A stretch of 32,000 nt of DNA, from the NCBI GenBank assembly GCA_030149205.1, contig JASBSB010000006.1, positions 360,001-392,000 of the forward strand. Direction: 5' to 3'. This document shows, piece by piece, positions 26,727 through 32,000 of this stretch. A program made the translations under genes and the position numbers. The DNA comes from Candidatus Heimdallarchaeota archaeon. Its GTDB lineage: Archaea; Asgardarchaeota; Heimdallarchaeia; Heimdallarchaeales; Kariarchaeaceae. Position 1 is the first letter of the stretch. Every line of letters starts with the position of its first letter. The notes beneath the pieces are model-generated. The model was not told the DNA's origin, ran no database searches, and was given only the letters and a program-made list of their open reading frames with translations.

Positions 26727-28016
26727 TTACGTTTCTATTATCTCTCCATAGAGATAAGTTGGAGTTGAATCAATTACTTTAACATGTTGCCATGTTCCAA
26801 TCATAATATCATCCGATTCATCACTTAAGACTATCTGCTTGTATGATAGATTTCTTCCGACTAATCCACCTTTTTTACCATGCTCGGTCACCAGCATTTT
26901 TCCTTTCCATCCTATCCATTTTTGATTATCAATCCTCTGAATCTCCTTTGTTTGGATGTCAAGATCCTTCGATCTCTGCATTCTGACCTGATGCGAGAGT
27001 TGTTTTAGCAGGGCAGCAGGTGTGTTTTCTCTCTCCCAGTATCTACTAATGTTGGTTATTGAGGGTCTTGTTTTTAATATAGTCTGAACAGTCTCCAAAT
27101 AATCATCCTCAGTCTCAGTTGGATATCCAACTATCACATCTGTTGATAGGGTAAGCTCTGGGAATCTTCTCCTGAAACTTGTGACAATCTCCTCATACTC
27201 TTCTACTGTGTATCCCCTCTTCATATGTTTTAATACCTCATTGCTCCCACTTTGAACAGGCAGGTGTAAGAATTTGTAAATTTTGGGAGATTCAAAGGCA
27301 TCAATGACATCATCTAAAATTTTTATAAAATTATTTGGGTTTCCCATTCCAATTCTAACCCAAAATTTTCGCTCAATCTTGTCTATCTCAGAAATCAATT
27401 TGGATAGGTTATCTTTGATGTCAAATCCCCAGCAGCCTGTATCTTGACTGGTAAGCCATACCTCTGGCGTTGGAGTCTTTCGAATGCTTGAGATAATGCT
27501 CTCCCTAGAATATGACTGTAATCTTCCCCTTGCCAGTTTTGTTGCGCAGAAGGTGCAGGAATTTAAACATCCCTCATTTATTTGCACAATATGAAGATGT
27601 GGGTTCCATTGAGTACCTTCCATCATAGGTTTATCGAAAAAGTGTTCCTCGTTTAATGTGTTCACAGTCTTTAATTGTGTGGTCTCACCATTCACCTGTC
27701 TAAGCACCATAGGCAGAAACTTTGCAGCATTTATACCCATTACAGTGTAATCAGGATAACGATTCTCGATGAGCTCAGGATCTGACTGACTGAGACAGCC
27801 CGTGACTATCACATGCCCCTTTGTACGTAAGTCATCAAGTTTTCGGATGATCTTGTTTTCTGTTGGACTCTTGACTGTACATGTGTTGACAACCACCAGT
27901 TCTGCATCATTCTCGTCTACCAATTGATACCCATTCTTGAGAAGCTGTGCCTCTATCAGCTGAGAATCCTTCTGATTGTGGGTACATCCATAGGTTAGAA
28001 TTGATGCTGTCTTCAT
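26727..28016 (-). CDS. mtaB: tRNA t6A37 methylthiotransferase (archaeal e-MtaB/CDKAL1-like radical SAM)
   Basis: YGCTHNQKDS, NTCTVK, radical SAM CLNSCTFC, SQDTGCWG, HLPVQSGS, TDVIVGYPTET, C-terminal TRAM-like domain. Confidence 0.9.
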   Translation of the reverse strand: MKTASILTYGCTHNQKDSQLIEAQLLKNGYQLVDENDAELVVVNTCTVKSPTENKIIRKLDDLRTKGHVIVTGCLSQSDPELIENRYPDYTVMGINAAKFLPMVLRQVNGETTQLKTVNTLNEEHFFDKPMMEGTQWNPHLHIVQINEGCLNSCTFCATKLARGRLQSYSRESIISSIRKTPTPEVWLTSQDTGCWGFDIKDNLSKLISEIDKIERKFWVRIGMGNPNNFIKILDDVIDAFESPKIYKFLHLPVQSGSNEVLKHMKRGYTVEEYEEIVTSFRRRFPELTLSTDVIVGYPTETEDDYLETVQTILKTRPSITNISRYWERENTPAALLKQLSHQVRMQRSKDLDIQTKEIQRIDNQKWIGWKGKMLVTEHGKKGGLVGRNLSYKQIVLSDESDDIMIGTWQHVKVIDSTPTYLYGEIIET

Positions 28017-28134
28017 TCCCTGATTCTCCAGCAGAATTGTTTTATTTATACTATAGTTTAGTGAGCCTTACAAAATTTTTGTGGCTTCTTAGAAACGTCA
28101 GTGCTTTTTAAAGTTAAAAAATGATTTCAGGTAG

Positions 28135-28455
28135 ATGGGACGAACTCTCCGAACCTATCGAACCAGGTTAAATGTCCAGCAAGGAAGGATCAGTAAGCGT
28201 CTGAGGGATTTAGGAGTGAAAAAAAGCATTGTGGACAGAATGTTTGCTCTGGCTCACAGACACTCTGCACCTGCTAGTAACATGCCATCTGCAAACACAG
28301 ATGCCGTGATCCTTCTCTCTGTTCTATTAGGGGCAGATTGTGATTTACAAGCTATTGAAAACAAACTAAGGGGTAATACAGAGAATGGTGAGAGTTTCAA
28401 GAATACCATCAATAATACGGATATCATTAAGAACGAAATCTCGAAGCTGAGTTAA
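28135..28455 (+). CDS. Small helical hypothetical protein (MGRT-start archaeal family)
   Basis: 'MGRTLRTYR...DRMFALAHRHSAPASN...VILLSVLL' resembles conserved archaeal MGRT-type small proteins as I recall them; 3' end overlaps the Lrp gene. Confidence 0.6.
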   Translation: MGRTLRTYRTRLNVQQGRISKRLRDLGVKKSIVDRMFALAHRHSAPASNMPSANTDAVILLSVLLGADCDLQAIENKLRGNTENGESFKNTINNTDIIKNEISKLS

Positions 28456-28599
28456 AGAATCAGCTGAAATCTTTGTAATAACATCAAATGCATTTCTCAG
28501 CTTGTAAGCATATATTATGTTAGGTAGTGACTTGATCTTCTCAAAGGTTGAATCTACACTCTGAGATGTACATTTGATCAAAACATAGGCTTGAGCCAT
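28366..28599 (-). CDS. Stand-alone Lrp/AsnC ligand-binding (RAM) domain protein
   Basis: 'AYVLIKC...IKSLPNIIYAY.L.NAFDVITKI.ADSL..LRDFVLNDIR.IDGI.ET.T' is the typical RAM pattern; no HTH. Confidence 0.85.
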   Translation of the reverse strand: MAQAYVLIKCTSQSVDSTFEKIKSLPNIIYAYKLRNAFDVITKISADSLTQLRDFVLNDIRIIDGILETLTILCITP

Positions 28600-28658
28600 A
28601 AGACGCTAAAGATATGACAGAATATTAACATTTTCGAGAGACACATTTGAATTCTAAC

Positions 28659-29405
28659 TTATTTTAGACCAAAGAGTTGTTTTGTTCGAGGATGAGACGG
28701 AGATTCAAAAATATCAGGTGGAATCCCAGATTCTAACAACTCTCCCTCACTGATGACATGAATCACATCACCTATCTGTCTGGAGATAAGAGCATCATGA
28801 GTTGTTACAATAATGATCAATCCTTCATTTTTCAACTGATTGATATGTTGAACAAACCAGTCTGAAGTCTCTTCATCCAAAGAGCTGAATGGTTCATCCA
28901 AAATGAGAATCCTTGGTTCGTGGATTACTGCTCTCAAAAAACAGGATCTCTGTTTTTCCCCCCCAGAAAGTTTCTTTGGAGAAAGGGAGGCTAATTCAGT
29001 AAGATTGAACTCTTTGAGCTTTGAGTCTATAAGTTTCCTCCGCGTCTCTTTTGGAATCTTTTGAAAAATCAGTGGGAGCTCAATATTCTTATACAGTGAA
29101 CCTGTTGTGAAGATCGGCTTTTGCCACATAAACCCAATTGACCTCCGTAATACTTCTTCTGGATAAGAGTATTTACCATCAATAAAAACAGGGGATGAGT
29201 CCCAGTGTATAGATCCTGAACTTGGTGGTTGCAGGATACCAATGATCTTGTTTAGACTGGATTTTCCTGCCCCATTTTTCCCAAAGAAAATGTGAACCTG
29301 GCCTGCACGTAGATTAAGAGAGACCTTGTCAAGTATAAGCTTATTCGAACTCTCTAAAGAAACTTGGGTAAGTTTGACTTCCTCAGGCATTATAAGGTCA
29401 GACAT
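28659..29405 (-). CDS. ABC transporter ATP-binding protein (TupC/anion-importer-like), no permease adjacent
   Basis: GKNGAGKS, Q-loop FMWQKP, LSGGEKQR, LILDEP, TTHD. Confidence 0.88.
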   Translation of the reverse strand: MSDLIMPEEVKLTQVSLESSNKLILDKVSLNLRAGQVHIFFGKNGAGKSSLNKIIGILQPPSSGSIHWDSSPVFIDGKYSYPEEVLRRSIGFMWQKPIFTTGSLYKNIELPLIFQKIPKETRRKLIDSKLKEFNLTELASLSPKKLSGGEKQRSCFLRAVIHEPRILILDEPFSSLDEETSDWFVQHINQLKNEGLIIIVTTHDALISRQIGDVIHVISEGELLESGIPPDIFESPSHPRTKQLFGLK

Positions 29406-29577
29406 ATCTTATTATAGACATCACGAGTTCCATATTATGTTTTCGGAAGTTAATTGGGAAAATTCGAGGTTCATTCAACCAAAGAATTCATACTTACATT
29501 TAGAGCAATATTCAAATAAATTTAATAAAATTTTTTTGACTTAGGTCTGGTATCATTATCTTTGCGTATAGGTATCC

Positions 29578-30630
29578 CTATACGTAATTATTCTCTGAGG
29601 ATTGCTCAAGATGATCATTGACATGGGGGATAACCTCCTCTCCAATCAACTTGATGGATCTGAGAATCTGTTCCTGTGTTAATCCCGCGTTATCCATCTG
29701 AAAAGTAAATCTGACAGCTCCACCTAACGCTTCACTATGCCTAAGTATTTTCTCTGCAACATTTTCTGGACTGCCAACGAGATATGCACCAGTTGGACCC
29801 GCTTGAAAATCAAATCTGTCTCTGGTGATAGGTGGCCAACCTCTCTCTCTTCCAATCTTGGAAAACATCTCTTCATAGCCTGGGTAGTATTCATCTCTTG
29901 CAATGCTGTCTGATTCTGCAACGTACCCAAGTGAATGAATACCAACAGTATAACCTCCTCTGTTATGTCCTGCTTCATTCCATGACTTTCGATACAAATC
30001 AATCAATGGACGAAATCTTCTTGACTCTCCACCAATTATTGCCACCATAAGAGGAAGACCCATAAGACCTGCTCGTTGAAATGAGGCAGGAGTCCCCCCA
30101 ACTCCCAACCAGATAGGAAGTGAGGTCTGGACAGGCCTAGGATAGATGGACTGATTGTACAAGGCAGCTCGAAACTTTCCTGACCAGTTGATTGTAATGT
30201 TATCTCTAATTCTAAGCAAAAGATCGAGTTTTTCTGCGAACAAGGCATCATAGTCATGCAGGCTGTACCCAAACAAAGGATAAGCCTCAGTGAATGACCC
30301 TCGGCCAGCCACAATCTCAGCCCTCCCGTTTGATAAAAGGTCAAGTGTTGCAAAGTTCTGAAATACCCTTACAGGGTCTGCCGTGCTTAAAACTGTAACT
30401 GCACTTGTCAATCGAATATTTTGGGTGACCTGTGAGGCAGCAGCAAGAATCATATACGAAGCTGAGTCTAGGAAATCCTCCCTGTAATGCTCACCAAGCC
30501 CATACACTGACAGCCCAAATTTGTCTGCCACCTTTATCCGCTCCAAAACCTCCTGCATTGATTGAACATTCAAAGAGACATCCTTTTGACCTCCCCGTGA
30601 TGCTGCAAAACTGTCTACGCCAATCTCCAT
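29578..30630 (-). CDS. LLM-class flavin-dependent oxidoreductase (luciferase-like, Atu2307/SP_0267 type)
   Basis: MEIGVDSF, GLGEHYR, LTSAVTVLS..DPVRVFQNFATLDLLSNGRAEIVAGRGSF, GVGGTP.S. Confidence 0.92.
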   Translation of the reverse strand: MEIGVDSFAASRGGQKDVSLNVQSMQEVLERIKVADKFGLSVYGLGEHYREDFLDSASYMILAAASQVTQNIRLTSAVTVLSTADPVRVFQNFATLDLLSNGRAEIVAGRGSFTEAYPLFGYSLHDYDALFAEKLDLLLRIRDNITINWSGKFRAALYNQSIYPRPVQTSLPIWLGVGGTPASFQRAGLMGLPLMVAIIGGESRRFRPLIDLYRKSWNEAGHNRGGYTVGIHSLGYVAESDSIARDEYYPGYEEMFSKIGRERGWPPITRDRFDFQAGPTGAYLVGSPENVAEKILRHSEALGGAVRFTFQMDNAGLTQEQILRSIKLIGEEVIPHVNDHLEQSSENNYV

Positions 30631-30854
30631 AAATATAGATTCTAAACAGAGATTTAAAGACTGATTTTAACACTATTCCTCTTCAATCTCTCAACGGACA
30701 TCAATGAGTTTTAATTTCCTATAGTCCCTCCTAAAAATTTGATTACTCCTTTTCTTCTGTAAAACAAATAATTTTCAATTAAATTCATCAATCTTCAACA
30801 AGGCTAAATTGATTAAAATATAAATTAACATTAATAATAATCAAATCAAAGGAA

Positions 30855-31498
30855 TTACACAAATACATTTCCGCACTTTGAACAGTAAGATCCTAGAGCT
30901 TCAACACCACAAATTGAGCAAAACCTGTCGTCAAATGAAGAGATATCATCTACTGAACTCTTAAATGAAGAGCCTAAAGCATCATTATCCAAAATTTCTG
31001 GTAAATCATATATGGTGTTTCGCGTATTTTTCTTTTTAATAAAAATTCATTTGCAACATCTGTATTAAGTAGATATAGAATATAAACTCCTGAAGAAAAG
31101 CCTGTAACAAATAAAACTAGGAACAAGAAATCAAGCACTGTATTTGGTACATTACTTAAAGCCTGAGTCCCAAATATAATAAGATTTAACGTTAATATTA
31201 GTAAAACGCCAACTGAAATCCTATAGTGACTTGCTTTATACTCCTGCTTTATAGGGGTAAGAAGAGATTCCAAGATTACTACCACAAAAAAAACAACCCC
31301 CAAAATTATTAGGGAGATGAATATGAAATATATTGCTGCAAAAATTGCTAGAAGGTCAGGTCTTCTCATGAACTGACTAATTGAATAAAATATCGCACCC
31401 ACGATAATAATCCATGGAAGTCCGTTCGAAACATAAAACACCCTGAATGTAAAAATTAATCTCTCTAAATTAGGGAACTCTGTAAAGTTATGTTTCAT
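30855..31498 (-). CDS. Membrane protein with a C-terminal zinc ribbon, interrupted by a frameshift near 31005-31045
   Basis: ORF 30974-31498 has about four TM segments. The -1 frame continues DLPEILD...RFCSICGVEALGSYCSKCGNVFV to a stop at 30855-30857. Confidence 0.7.
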
Positions 31499-31634
31499 TA
31501 AAAATACATTACAGTGATTTTATAAAAACCTCACTTTTCACATTTAACTTAATCAAAAGCAAGTTAATGAATAAATTTTATGTTTAAATTAACAAACCAC
31601 TCAACATTTAAAAAACTGAATTTGAATTAAATTT

Positions 31635-31991
31635 ATGACATCAATGCCTTCCTTCACATTAAAATTAGAAGCGATAATTTTTTTTTTGTTCTCAATCTAT
31701 CTTTTTGGTCTCACAGGGTACCAATTGTGGATATTGATAGCTACTTGGATAACTCCTGATTTAGGCATGATTGGATATTTTTTCAATTCAAAACTGGGTT
31801 CACTGACCTATAATTTATCTCACAGTTATAGTTTTTCCTTTATTTTTTTAATCGTCGGATTTTCCATTACAAATAGTTTGATTATTGCAATCGGAGCGGT
31901 TTGGATTTCACATATTTCTCTTGACAGATTTCTTGGTTACGGGTTAAAGTACCCAGATAATTTTAAACACACTCATTTACAAGAAATTTGA
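31635..31991 (+). CDS. DUF4260-family membrane protein
   Basis: 'LKLEA...PDLGMIGY...G...YN..HSY...HI..DR.LGYGLKY.D.F..THL' pattern. Confidence 0.88.
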   Translation: MTSMPSFTLKLEAIIFFLFSIYLFGLTGYQLWILIATWITPDLGMIGYFFNSKLGSLTYNLSHSYSFSFIFLIVGFSITNSLIIAIGAVWISHISLDRFLGYGLKYPDNFKHTHLQEI

Positions 31992-32000
31992 ACAAAATTT

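Noticed and set aside
615-30673. Many short ORF-track entries overlapping real genes (e.g. 860-1108, 1674-2060, 2333-2632, 2693-3106, 11524-11799, 13648-14019, 16042-16260, 22071-22388, 29326-29544, 29724-30673)
   Set aside because: Antisense or alternative-frame shadows of well-supported genes without family motifs.
1-32000. CRISPR array or defence island
   Set aside because: No regularly spaced direct repeats and no cas, restriction-modification or toxin motifs recognised.

Overview
AT-rich archaeal chromosomal window. Archaeal origin is supported by an intron-containing tRNA-Thr, archaeal-type CoaD, e-MtaB, a DUF2122/COG4080 SPOUT-like protein and a PGF-type C-terminal sorting signal. The gene mix suggests Asgard/Heimdallarchaeia, but that assignment is inference only. 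Most of the window is housekeeping, sugar and transport genes: ABC exporter, gcvT, wecB, gnd, IMPase/FBPase, hflX, coaD, three nucleotide-sugar enzymes, an RbgA/YlqF-type GTPase, an RNase R/II protein, a PfkB kinase and mtaB. It also holds one GC-rich IS4/IS5-type element with a frameshifted transposase. The key observation lies in the apparently empty gap between hflX and coaD. The minus strand carries a complete archaeal 5S rRNA whose halves are in swapped order: 3' half first, a 5-nt linker, then the 5' half. Its new ends fold with the flanks into a strict bulge-helix-bulge (BHB) motif, predicting excision and ligation by the tRNA-splicing machinery into a 123-nt circular 5S rRNA (17448-17570). 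Secondary points include an uncharacterised MoxR AAA+ ATPase paired with a TraB/TIKI-like partner, an AbrB fusion protein, an unusual archaeal RNase R, a hairpin-rich candidate ncRNA next to the 5S gene and a hidden frameshifted zinc-ribbon tail. All alignments and folds were done by eye; no searches were run.
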